From the human T2T-CHM13v2.0 reference genome, Homo sapiens, in NCBI RefSeq assembly GCF_009914755.1, contig NC_060934.1: a DNA stretch of 64,000 nucleotides. One strand, written 5' to 3'. Numbering within the stretch: position 1 is the stretch's first letter; every line of letters begins with the position of its first letter. Positions 1 through 14,887 of this stretch are shown one piece after another. The position numbers and the translations under genes were made by a program. The notes under the pieces were generated by a model. The model did not search any database, was not told the origin of the DNA, and saw nothing but the letters and a program-made list of their open reading frames with translations.

Positions 1-1649
1 ATTAGGCCAATATATATGCATGTATGTTTGTGAGTAGGTATTTATTATATGTGTGTGTATATATATGTAATTTAAGTTTCTTTATGTCATGAGAAAAGCC
101 TAAATTTATATGGTATAGATTGCACATATGCTATACCATGTACACCATGCAACCTATCACTTTCTTCACAGCTTAAAGAACTTACAATGTTTCATGCTTG
201 TAAACCATACACACCATATAATAAGACAACATATGCTTATATCAATTAGAATTTCATACAATTTGAAACATTCACATTCCATTAATACTAAAGACCTTAC
301 ATTCCAAATCAAAATATCCTTTTGAGCTGATATTGCTGTTGTTCATCTATGCCATATACAAAAAGCCCTCATATTTCTTGTTTTTTATTTCATAATGAAC
401 ACTCAAGGTTAAATTTTTCCAAAGCTGTATCATTTACTACAAAACAATTATCTTTTAAGTATATATACTACAAAGTAATCACCTTCTCAGACCATATACA
501 AGCATATGAATTTAAAAAATGGTTTGACAGAATCCTAACCAGTAATACTTTGTATTTTGTGGAATGAAGCAAAGTTGCTAGGTTTAACTTTCAAACTGAG
601 TTAAACTTTTGTAGTAATGATGTTATTTTCTTTGGCAAAATTCATTGAAAATGCTTTGGAATTTGTCGGAACGCAGCCATAATTATTACTGACTGTTGTA
701 TGGAATCGATTTACTACAACACAAAAATACCAGCTGTAAAGTATGTCCTAAGAGGGATTACCGAATATTCTTAAATTGAAGTTCAATCCATCTTTCCATA
801 AAAAAGAGAAAGACCCGAAAGCCAGGAACATAACAGCAGTATCAAGTGCACCTGAAGCATTTACAATACCCAATAGAACGATTACAACCCTCCTTTAAAA
901 GGGCTTATTTTTGAAATTTCATTATTCCAGTTGTACCTTGCTTCTATATATCACACTGTATCAGGTTCCTCTGGCACTGATCATGTGGAAACAGTGAACT
1001 ATGTGAAGGTCTATGAGCTTACAACGTTCAATTTCTACCCACTCTGGGTAACTCTTAATGCTCCCGTGGCACTCATGACATCTAGTGGTCAACCACAGAA
1101 GTGCAAGTGTTTAAAACTTGTTTTCAGTAAATAATTAATTCCATAGTCTGCAACATTTTTTATTAATGTGAACATATACACACACACACAGTTAATATAT
1201 ATCAACAAGAAACCAAGTACTTTTCAAATACATTTCCTCTAAATTTGGGTAAGTGTTCAAGAATATGAAAACTTGTAATTAACTGTCATCATAAACTACT
1301 TTAATAATTATGTTAGCAATCTATCATTTCAGAAGAATAAGTGTGCTCAGAAATCCAACTGTAGATTATTTCACCAGATACACATACTCAAAAGTTACAT
1401 TTTCAAAACCTAATAGAGCAATAAAATAACACAAACAAGAGTAAACTTTTTAAAAATAAATCTATCACAGATTTTTGTAAAAGCTCAATCTGAAAGACTC
1501 ATTAGTTCTATTAGCCAGTGCAAGAAGCAGACTTATATCTGTTAACATATTTGGACCCTCATAAATTATAATTGTAAGAATAAAAGGAGGCAACATATAC
1601 TAAGTGGCAGACATCTGCTTATATAAAATGGTACTTGTACCTTTTATAC

Positions 1650-3104
1650 CAGCCATTCTCAAAGCATGGTCCACAGACCCCTAGTGGTCTCCAGGACCCT
1701 TCCAGAGGGGTCCATGAAGTCAAACTATTTTCATAAAATTACTAAAGAAAGTACTGAGATGTTATTTGTCTTTTGCACTGTACCAGCATTTGCACCAATG
1801 GTGAAAAGCAATGGTCACAGTTGGTAAAACCACTGGCACCTGAGCATGAGTCAGGATAATGGCACCAAATTGAAACTATTCAACATTGTGTTCTTCACTG
1901 CCAAGGATGCTCATTCAGAGTAGGAGGAGGAAAAGGAAGAAAAGCAGGAAGAGGAGGAGGGGAGAGGGAAGGTTCATTATAGAATATCCTTAATGAAGCA
2001 GTAAAAATTAATATTAATTGACTCTTGAGTACCCTTCTTTTTAACATCCTGTGTGAATAAGGGGAAGCACACATAAAGTAACTGCTGCTATAAACAAAGG
2101 AAATACTGTCTCAAAAGAACACTTGTGCAATGATTTGAGTTGTGAGTTATACTGGCTGCTTTGATCATGGAACTTTTTTTTTTTTAACTTAAAAGAACAA
2201 CTGAAGACAAACTATGGTTATTCAAGCTTCGGTATTTGGCAAACATTTTCTTGAAGATAAATAGAGTCCATACTTTCAAGGGAAACCAAAAACAGTATAT
2301 GTTGCTAATGATAAAAATGAGCTTCCAAGCAAAAATCAGAATTTTAAAAACTTGCATCCACTAGAGGCTCATTTTGCTATGTTAACTGAAATACACGCAT
2401 GGTGGAACCAAGTCCCCACTTTGCACTGGTTCTATCAGCTTCTCAATGCCCAAAGCCTTTGCTGAGAAGACCCACGGTGGTATTAACAAATGTGATTTTT
2501 TTTTTTTTTGGCATTTTGTATCAACATTGGGAAGATCTGCATGATTCGGTGAACCAATATTTTCCCATTTTCTACTAACACATTAGAAAATCATGCATGA
2601 ACGACATCCATTAAAAGCTCAAGATTGATCAATGGATTTAAAGTTCCAATACAATAATTTTATTTCTATACTTTCAGATTTTACACTGAAACTTATCTTT
2701 AAGAAACTGCCATATATCTTTGGTGTAACAGCAAATATCCACAGTTAACTGAATAGGCTATTAAAATACTCCTCCCTTTTCCAACTACAGATCTCTGTAA
2801 GTTCAGTTTTTCTTCATATCCTTCAACCGGAACATACAGCAACAAAATGAAAGTAGACACAGATACAAAAATATAAAGGTCTCCTGTTGAGCCAGGAATT
2901 AAAGAAATTTGCAATTCACTCATGTTTTTGTTTTGAGGGTAAAATTATTTTTCATAAAAATGTTATTTGTGTTAACATGAAGCAAATTTAATAGTTATTT
3001 TTAAATTAATTAAACCAATATAACCCACATAATCAAAACTCTTTAGAGCCTTCAATAATTTTTAAGAGTATAGATCTGAGGCCCAAAAATGTTGAGAATT
3101 GCTT
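1650..3104 (+). mobile_element. Charlie1a-like hAT DNA transposon fossil
   Basis: Left end cagccattctcaaagcatggtccacagacccct and right end ...aaaaatgttgagaattgct resemble Charlie1 termini; colinear with the copy at 45661. Confidence 0.8.
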
Positions 3105-3113
3105 CTCTAATGC

Positions 3114-3272
3114 CAAGGTTTGGCAAACATTCTCTGTAAAGGGCCAGACAGTAAACATTTTAGGCTTTGTGGTCCGTATGGTCTCAACCTAAACAATAGG
3201 TACATGAGTATGACTGTGTTCCCATAAAACTTGATTTCCAGAAATGAATGAGGGCCAAGTTTGCTGACCACT
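3114..3272. mobile_element. MER58A-like hAT element
   Basis: ggcaaacattctctgtaaagggccagacagtaaacattttaggctttg ... tttgctgacc. Confidence 0.75.
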
Positions 3273-4574
3273 ATTCTATATCCTTACATCCTATCTGCTA
3301 GTGACTTAAGGATCTAGAAGTAGCATGCTTTCTAGTAACATTTTTACTGGTCATTATTTATACATTCAAAAAGAAAGTTAAAAAAATCTATTTTGTTTTG
3401 TTGTGCAAAACTGTGAAAATTTTTAAAGATTCAGTTCTTAATCATAAACAAAATTGCATTTCAATTTTGGCTATCTCAAGTATCTCAGACTCGTCACTAT
3501 ACATAAAGAATTTAAAAACAGACTTACAACTGGCCAAGTATTAGGATGTTGTATGTAAGAAAAGATGATTTATACAACCAAAAACAAAAATTCCTAGTTT
3601 TCAAGAAAAAAAGATTATGAAGGATCAAAATGTCTCACATTTTACAAATCCAATGGGGTTCAATGATTAATATAAAACCAACATATGTCCTTTCCACACA
3701 TGGAAAGGGAAATGCTGAAGCAACAGAAAAGAAGAATCCCACTAAAAGAATCCTATAAACCTTTAAAGACTTCAGAAAGGAAACAAGAGAACATGCTGCT
3801 TTATAATCCCCAGGCGAAGAGACCCAGGCTTCAAGGCTGCTAGGAAAGTCTGCCGGGAACCCTGGTCCATTTGCCAGGAAGGAGTATTAACCACAAGACC
3901 CTTAGGGACTCATCTAGTGCGGGCTCGGGAAGGCACACAACCGCCCCTTTTCTGCAAGCATAGGTGTAATGAATGAACTAGCACTTGCAGGCAATGAACT
4001 CATTCCAGACTACCCAAACCATCTACAACAATGAGTGCACCATGACCCCATTTTCCTTTTTTACTCTCCTTAAGCAAAAATGGCAGCATTTATAGTGTTG
4101 GCACATCCTCCACACTTCTCCTCTGGGGTACTTCTCTGATGATGACTGCCTTTCCATTGCATTTATATTCTACCACTTACTGCTAAAAAGTCTTGGCTAA
4201 ATCTTCAAGATTACACCACTGACCATCAATGACCCACTATTTTTGCTCTGTATCTCTTTCCTCTAATTGTTGGGGGCAGAGAAGAGTGATACAACTTCTT
4301 GATTACGTTTTCCTTGACTAATTCTCAATTTCAGATTCATCTCAGCATTCCACTGGCATTCCCTTAAGTCCTCTCTACCGCAGAAACCAGTCCTTTTTTG
4401 TAATTAACGTACATCAATATAATTCTACATTTTTTTGTTCAATCAATGTCCCCCACTAGATTCCTTGAGAATGGAACCCATATCATCATATGTCCCTAAA
4501 AACTGAATAATGATCCGCTGTCTTTCCCTTCCAAGTCAGAGTCACCTCATCATTTTACCTATAGGGAGATAGCA

Positions 4575-4735
4575 CAGCCTAACAATGAGAGCACAGATTT
4601 TGAAATCAGACAGACCTAAGATCACACCCAAGCCCCGCCTTACTGACTCCATGATCCTGGCCAAGCTACTTAATGAAATGAGATTAAATGAAATAACAAA
4701 AGTAAAACATCTAACCCATATATAGCAGCCAATCA
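4575..4735 (+). mobile_element. MIR fragment
   Basis: tttgaaatcagacagacct...ttactgactccatgatcctggccaagctacttaa core-like sequence. Confidence 0.55.
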
Positions 4736-4757
4736 ACAGATGGCCGCTTTTATCACA

Positions 4758-4835
4758 TTTTTTTTTTCAAGACAGAGTTCCGCTCTTGTTGCCCAGGCTG
4801 GAGTACAGTGGTGCGATCTCGGCTCACAGCAACCT
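4758..4835 (-). mobile_element. Alu 3' fragment (~75 bp)
   Basis: polyT then gacagagttccgctcttgttgcccaggctggagt..., ending abruptly. Confidence 0.9.
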
Positions 4836-4837
4836 GT

Positions 4838-5692
4838 CAGGAAAGGGATGCATGAACAAAATAACAACAGAATCAGAGAAACAGAACTATTAAAAGTTTC
4901 TATTTCTAGAAACTCTGGAGCTTACAAATACAATAATGGAATTGAAAAATTCACAAGAGGGGCTCAACAGCAGACTTGATCAAGCAGAAAAAAAAAATCA
5001 GTGAACTTGAGTATAGATCATATGACACTATAAAGTCAGAAGAGCAAAAGCGAAAAAACAATGAAGAAAAGGGAAGAACCTAATGGGACACCATCAAGCA
5101 GATGAATATACGCACTATGGGAGTCTGAGAAGAACAGAGAAAGGGACATGGCTGAAAATTTCCCAAATGTGAGGGGAGAAATGGACACAAAAATTCAAGA
5201 AGCTTAAGAAACTGAATTGGATAAAGCCAAAGATACTCATGCTAAGACATATTATAATTAAATTGTCAAAAGTCACAGAGAGAATCTTGAAAGCAGCAAG
5301 AGAAAAATGACTCATCATGTACAAGGAAGCATCCACAGAGGATCAGTGAATTTCTCAGCAGAAATTTTGCAGGTTGAAGTAAGATGATACAATCAAAGTG
5401 GTGAAAAAAAAAATCTGCCAATCAAGAAGACTACATCTGACAAAACTGTCCCACAAAATGAAAAATAAATTAATCCCTTCCCAAATAAACAAAAGCTGAG
5501 GGAGTTTGTTGCCACTATGCCTGTATTACACATACTAAAGGGAGTCTTTCAAGTCTAAATGAAAGAACGCTAGACGGCAACATGAAACCACATGAAAATA
5601 TAAAGCTCTTTGGTAAAGCTGAATATATGAACAAATATAAGATACAGTAATATTGTAATGATGCATAAATCACTTTTAATTCTTTTATAAAT
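4838..5692 (+). mobile_element. Old L1M ORF1-region fragment
   Basis: A-rich L1 ORF1-like motifs (agaatcttgaaagcagcaagagaaaa, ttctcagcagaaa, aaacaaaagctgagggagttt). Confidence 0.75.
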
Positions 5693-5705
5693 TTTCAGGC
5701 TGGGC

Positions 5706-5965
5706 AATCATAGCAGAAGGTGAAAGGGAAGCAAGGCATGTCTTATGTGGTGGCAGGCGAGACAAACAGAGGATAGGGGAAACTGCCAAACGCTTTTAAA
5801 GCATCAGATCTGGTAAGAACTCACTATCACAAAAAGAGCATGGTGGAAACCACCACTATGATCCAATTACCTCCTACTAGATCCCTCCCTTGACACATGG
5901 AGATTACAATTTGGATTACAATTCAAGATGAGATTTGGGTACGGACACAGAATTGAATCATATCA
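5706..5965 (-). mobile_element. MaLR LTR fragment (MSTA/THE1D-like)
   Basis: gcagaaggtgaaagggaagcaaggc...tcagatct...aactcactatcac...acaattcaagatgagatttgggt...atatca. Confidence 0.85.
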
Positions 5966-7718
5966 TACATCTTCTCCTTCCCAAGTTGTCTAATGTTTCC
6001 CATAATGACAAGTCCATCAGCTCAAGTCCCTGACATAGAGCACAGTACCCCACCAACATGTGATGGATATACAGCAGCAGCAAGAAATAAATGTGTTGTT
6101 GGAGTTATTTGCTACTGAAATACAACATAGCCCATTATGACTGATATACTGCTCATTTACAAATATCAATAGTATGATTTTAAAATAAAATAAATCATTC
6201 ACTCTAAGTATTTACATTGTTATTTCCTAAGTACTAATTAATATTAAGTGGTTCAACACAATAGTTCCAAAAATTTGTGGGCTACTAGAAACATCTGTAA
6301 TAAATCTGGACATTCACAAAGATGATTTCATGTGTTTACTGACAACAGACTCATGTAAATTGTCTAGTTTTGTCAGTTTCCTAGGCCCTATATCAGAGCT
6401 ATCAAAAAATACACTTTCTAAAAATTGATTCGTTTGTAAATAATTATGTCATAATACTAAAGTTAACTGTATGCATTTTCAAATTAAGGACAGCACTAAA
6501 AAGTTAAACTAAATGTAACACACAATGGTTGCAATCATGTATATTTATGTATGTATGTTTTGAAGCTATCTTAAACAGACAGTGATAAAAGGAAATATAT
6601 AATCCAAAGCATTCATTATATATAACACAAACAACTTTATATTAAGTTAGGTTTTTCTCCATGGTGGTCTATCTTTATACTCCTAAAGGAAATCCTCACT
6701 TATCTGTGTATGAGCTTATACCCATGTTTCCATTCTTCTAGCATATTCATCTATTTTATTTCCAATGCTAAGAACAAACCAAGATAAGCCCTTCAAACAA
6801 TTCAAAATCCTAATGTTATATTGTAGAGAACAGTGCATCCTTTATGAACTAGAAGAGAATCTATTCTGTATTAGCCCTTTATGTATTAAACGGTAGAGAC
6901 TCTTACATTTGAAGTCAGCTATACCCAAGAGAAACTTTAAGAGCACTGCATTGTTCATACACCTTTTAATGTCACTTTCTTCAATAACCTCAATTTTTAT
7001 ACTTCATGAATATTAGCTGCTGGAATCTATTGAGTATACTTTGTAAATTTTTAATTTGTATGTCATAGCTCTGAATAGGAGTATTTTCATTTCTACAGTG
7101 AAACAAATGAACAGAAAAGGGGAAAAGTTAACATTTCCAAAGAGTTATGTAAAGACGGAGCAAAAATTAAGTTGCTAAGGAAAGTAACATGCCAGTCATT
7201 GTCCAAAAACCACGGGAAATGGTTACAGAAAAGAGCATTTCACAGAGCTGTGCACAGCCTGCTAGTGGACTGCTAGCCAAACTCTCTTAGACTAACACAC
7301 CCTGGAATGAATCTATCTGATTAGGAGAACTTACTTTATGACCAATTTAGTGTCAAGAAATCTGAGGGCTAGAAGGGGAACCTGGCTGGGAAAAACAGGG
7401 CCTGCTAAGACCACATGGAAGCCAGCTGTCAGCCACTTCCTATTCATACACTCCCGGGAGGAGACATGCCCTCACAAGAAACGGAAAATGATGTAAACGC
7501 CAAGCAGGAGGCTTTGTGCACTCCGACGCGGCTCAAGTGGTTCAGGTTTCCCGGGTGTTTCCCCAGGTGGCATCTTCTCAGCTTCCTTGGCCTCCCTTTC
7601 TAAAATCTCCCTCACACCTTCCTAATTCCACTTAACGATCTTTGCCTGTGCCCATCCCAACTTCATGAGCTATGCGTATTTCACTCTTCTTGTCTAGAGT
7701 CTGTCTTTTACTAGAATA

Positions 7719-8055
7719 CAGTCAATGCGATGCAGGGCATAATGATGTTTCTGTCAATCACACACCACATATATGGCAGTGGTCTCATATTCTTACTCTT
7801 CCCTTTCTATGTTTAGGTATGTTTAGATACACAAATACTTACCACTGTGTTCCAATTGCCAGAAATATCCAGTGCAGTCACCTACTGTACAGGTTTCTGG
7901 CCTAGAAGCAACAGGCTGCACCATGCAGCCTAGGTGTGTAGTGGGCTCTGCCATTTGGGTTTGCCTAAGTGCACTCTAGGATGCTCCCACAAGGACCAAG
8001 TCGCCTAACAACAAATTTCTCAGAACGTCTCCCTGTCGTTAAGCAACGTATGACT
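7719..8055 (+). mobile_element. Tigger3a (MER7A)-like element
   Basis: cagtca...tgact termini flanked by TA; internal tgtacaggtt...gcctaggtgtgtagt. Confidence 0.85.
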
Positions 8056-8061
8056 TACAGA

Positions 8062-8190
8062 AACTATGAGAGGGCAGGGAGTTTGGTCTGCATTATTCAC
8101 TGCTGAATTCCTGGTGTCTTAGAATAGTGCCTGCCATAATAATATGTGGCTCCAAACATTAATTGAATAATGAATGAAAAAATGAATGAG
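8062..8190 (+). mobile_element. L2 3' end
   Basis: gagggcaggga...agaatagtgcctg...gaatgaa tail. Confidence 0.65.
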
Positions 8191-8332
8191 TGACTACTGG
8201 AATTCCTACCAATTTTAGCTATGATAATATTATATATTTTATATATATTATTTATTTTGTGTTTCTGCCTGTCCTCTTCTTAGTTCTCCTGTCCAAAGGA
8301 AAAAGACTGCTAATCTCATTGATCACAACCTA

Positions 8333-8764
<432 letters not shown>

Positions 8765-9309
8765 TCAGCTTGCCGGCTGCCCACTCTCACCATTTCACTG
8801 GGTTTGGGTCACACTTGTGCTGGCTGCGTGCCTTTCTCACACAAACTTCTGCTGACCTGGGCTTCTGATATGATAAGAGAGCCTGCACCTTCCCCTGGTG
8901 GGAGGAGCCTAGCCCACTCCTCTCTGGAATGGCTCCACTTCTCTTCTCGCATGGAGAAGTCTAGCATGGGCCATTGTTTTAGCCAAGAATGATGTCCTCT
9001 TCAACTTTTGTGCACATTTGAAATTTTTGTTGATGAAAAAAGTGTCCTTTTCAACATTTTGATTTAAAATGTAATAGCATTTACTATATATCCATCTCTT
9101 GAAAGTCTCAAAAAAAAAAAAACTGTAGAAAGAAACTATTATATAACCACAAATTACTAACAGTAAAAGCAAGCCTTTGTGGTTCTCCTATTGGATGTAA
9201 CAGAACCCATTATCTATACCACCAAATTCTAACTTTCCTGATTTTATTTCCCTAAACATCTCTCTCCTAACATCCTTTGTTTTGGAGAGATGCTCAATAG
9301 AGTATTTAG

Positions 9310-9490
9310 GGGTGTCAAGTAATGGTGTCTGTAATTTATGCAAAAATACTTCAGCAGAGAGGCGGAGGAGAGGGAGAGAGAACATATGGCCAAATGTCAT
9401 CTGTTGCTGGATCTAAGATGGACATATGGGTATTCATTGTACTATTCTTTCTACTTTTCTATATATCTTGAAATTTTTATGCTAAAACTT
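9310..9490 (+). mobile_element. Old L1M 3' end
   Basis: atggccaaatgt...gggtattcattgtactattctttctacttttct. Confidence 0.6.
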
Positions 9491-10270
9491 TTTTAGGGGA
9501 AAAAAAGAACTTCCACATCTCCCAGCCTCTTATATCCCAGAATTATGTGCCTTCTGAGAACCCTAATAAGCCCATCGGCAAACACAGTAATCCTCAAATT
9601 GGTCTGTTCCCACCTCCAACCCATCCTACACAGGCTGCCAGCATCATCTTTCAAAGATCCTTACGTGATCACTTGACTACTCTAAATAAACGAGCTGATG
9701 ATTCAACCGCACTTTCATGATAAAGTTTAAATTCCTTAAATTGAGACATGCTCTTGGTCCTTTCTTATTGCTTTCTTTGCAAAAATCACACCAACACCCT
9801 CTCTCAAGTTTTCTATAAAACTACAACCCTGAACACACTGTGTTATTTCATGCTTCTTTGAATTTGATCACTCTAGTTCCTCTGCCTGCTTCAAAATATA
9901 GGTTTAATTACATGTATGTTACCACACTGCCTAATGAGGAGCCTGTGAGCAAAAAGGATCATAATAGTAAGTATAGGTGTCAACAAAGTCTAATCTATAA
10001 AGTCATACAGTCTTTTTCAAACCTGCATATGACTATTCAGCAATTCCTTTCAAATTCAGTAGAGGGTGCCATGATTTAATTTTTAAAAGGAAAATGGAAT
10101 TCATGTTAACAAAGGCAACTTTCACAAGCTTTAGCTGATGTGTTAAAGCTATAAAAAATATATTTCTAATAAGTAAGGAATGTGAAACTAAAAATAAACA
10201 CCCAACATTGTCTTAATCTGAACAAATAACATATTTTTGATTTAAGAAAGAACCATATAAGAATACATCA

Positions 10271-10642
<372 letters not shown>

Positions 10643-10869
10643 CTAAGAAATAATCATACAAGTATGCAACAATGAGCCAATCAATCTACTGTAAAATATA
10701 ACAGAAAAGTGTTCAAGTTTTTAAAGAAAGTATCTTCATTGCAGAGTTACTACTTCACTTCACTCACAATATCAACACAGAACTGATGCAGGCACAGGTA
10801 TTCCGACTTCAATACACCAACACAGGAGGCCTCTATTCCCTGGCACCTCTTTATTCACTTTTGCCATTT

Positions 10870-11021
10870 AGCCAGGCAGGATAGCACACACCTGTAGTCC
10901 CAGATACTTGGGAGGCTGAGGTGGGAGGATTACTTGACCCCAGGAATTCAAGACCAGCCTGAGCAACACAGTAATGACCCCCATCTCTAATATATGTATA
11001 CTTAACAACAACAAAAAAAAA
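10870..11021 (+). mobile_element. FLAM monomer
   Basis: Single Alu-like monomer with A-rich tail. Confidence 0.8.
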
Positions 11022-11853
11022 CTTTTTCCATTTGTTTCACTTTGGGTCTTCTAATCTATACTTTCCTACGCTAATTCCTGGTCCATTTTTAGTTTTTCTT
11101 TTGCAGTTTCAGAAAGGTGCTAACAATCAGCAGTGACTACACTTGAGACAAGACAACAGACCTCAAATTATCGGTTACTGCCAAAATCAATCTTTTCATT
11201 TTGTGACTTAGCTTATACATTGCTTAGTTATCAAATGCTTATCAAACTCCTGTGATTAGCAAAGTACTATGTCAGGGGTATAACAAAAAATATCAAACTA
11301 TAAACATAGTAGATTTCATTATCTTAAGATCAATTTCACTTCCAAAATTCAGAATCTATGAGTCTAGATTGTATTCTGCCGTTTTACTCATTAACTTCAA
11401 GGATTTGGGTAAACGGCGACATGTCACACACTCAGAGTATTCCATAGTAGGGCATTCCCCCACAGGGGAATCACTGCTACAATCACTGCTCAATTTCTTC
11501 CTTACCTGAAAGGAAGCCAAGATGGTACTGAACAAGAATGGAACCACCACAGTACATAGGCATTTATTTAGCTTTCTGTGAAGCATTAAAAAATCAGATA
11601 TTGCTCAAGCCTGGGTTGTAATATGAGGAAACTGGCATTAACCCTCATGCATTCAGTCTCTCCATCTAGGTCCCCCGTTTTCTAGATACTCTCACTGTTT
11701 TCTTCAATATGTGAAAAGGCAAGAAGTACACCTGTATCTAACATCATACAGAGGCGTTAAAAGGCAACCAGATGAGATTTTTTTTTCCATCTTGGCAAAA
11801 TCAACTCTTCATAGCGGACATTCAACAGGCTCTTAGAACTGTTTGAAATTTGA

Positions 11854-12300
<447 letters not shown>

Positions 12301-12786
12301 TCATCTGCATTTCTTTAAAGATCAGAATGGTTTTTGATTCTTGGTAAAAGATGAGCTGGCAAGTGGGAAATTACTGAAATGCCAAGTAGAGTTGCCGGCC
12401 AAATATGAGCTGGGGAGTTTAAGACTAACGAGGATTTAGAGCTTTAAAGGTTGCTGAGTAAGCTCAAGTAGTGAGCCCGACAAATGTAAAACAGAAAAGG
12501 AGCCTACAAAAGATGGACTGACTTCTCTGCAGCCGGAGAACCAGGGCCACACTCCAGGTTTGGATTAATCAGAAAGAGGAAAAATAACAAATCTGTGCTA
12601 ACACTATTTCAACATCAAGGAAACCTACAAGCATCAGGATGTAGAAACAGTGTTTACTAATATATTTCCTTATAGTTGATAGGTCCTATGTAGATTCGTG
12701 AAAAATCATCTTCCTTAATTTCTGCACATTACACAAGGACAACCAAGTAATTGTTCCTACTTGACTGCTCAAGACATCATTTCTCA

Positions 12787-13191
<405 letters not shown>

Positions 13192-13869
13192 TTAACAAAA
13201 TGGGACAATGTTTCAAAAGATTCTTTTTACTCTCCTCTAAACCATTTGAGAATATTTCTAAAGCCATTAATTTCACAAACTAGCCAAGATTACTGAGAAA
13301 AATCATAGCTGTACAAGTTCTGAAAATCTTGCTGAATATAACTATCTTGTGGTCCAAGGGCTGTATTTCTTTGCCTGAATCCCTGAATTATAAATGGCTA
13401 TAAAAAGAAAACAGGAAAGAAAAGGGCCCAACAAAATAAAAGGTTCCCAAGTGAAAAGTAATGATGTTATATTGTAACAAACATTTTGGTGACTGGGATT
13501 ACCTGAAACCTCTGGGCTCCTGCTCTGAAGTACTAATTTGCCAAAAGCATGGCAAATCCAACTCTTAAAACAGTACTGACTCATCCTGAGTTCACAGCTT
13601 GATCTTATCTATTTTAATATCAAGGAATCCAAGATTTGCTATGCCTCATATCATAAATGAAAAGGAAATACTAAAGATAATTACTTAAAACCTATCCAAC
13701 AGAATTATCTTCGGTGTAAGTTTTAAGTATAATGCAGATAACCACAATATAGATTTATCTCAAAATGAAAACCTGGGCAGATGATATTTAACTGAGTAAT
13801 TATGTTATCTGCACTCTAGATAGGAAGGGCTGAGAGGAAAAACAGGGAGAAACTTGCCATCTTACTCAC

Positions 13870-13972
13870 CCGCAGTGGAGTGCTGGCTGTAAATCAAGTC
13901 GGCCTGCCCAAACACACACAGGACTTAATGACGACCTCAGTGAGAGCAGTTGAGTTTATGCAGTAAGGAAAT
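13870..13972 (-). other. Candidate 103-nt non-coding cassette exon
   Basis: Acceptor ttttccctttaattttgtgcag|, donor CGG|GTGAGTAAG, unique sequence, no ATG. Confidence 0.4.
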
Positions 13973-14132
13973 CTGCACAAAATTAAAGGGAAAACTACTG
14001 AGGCCCCACATGGACATAATCGCTACAGACCGTGGATGTGAAAATGATGACATAATGGTGGGGAGTAGGATTCCAGTAGGAAGCTAATAATAAAAATACA
14101 TTTGTTATAAAATGGAAACTAGAAGTTACTGA

Positions 14133-14887
<755 letters not shown>

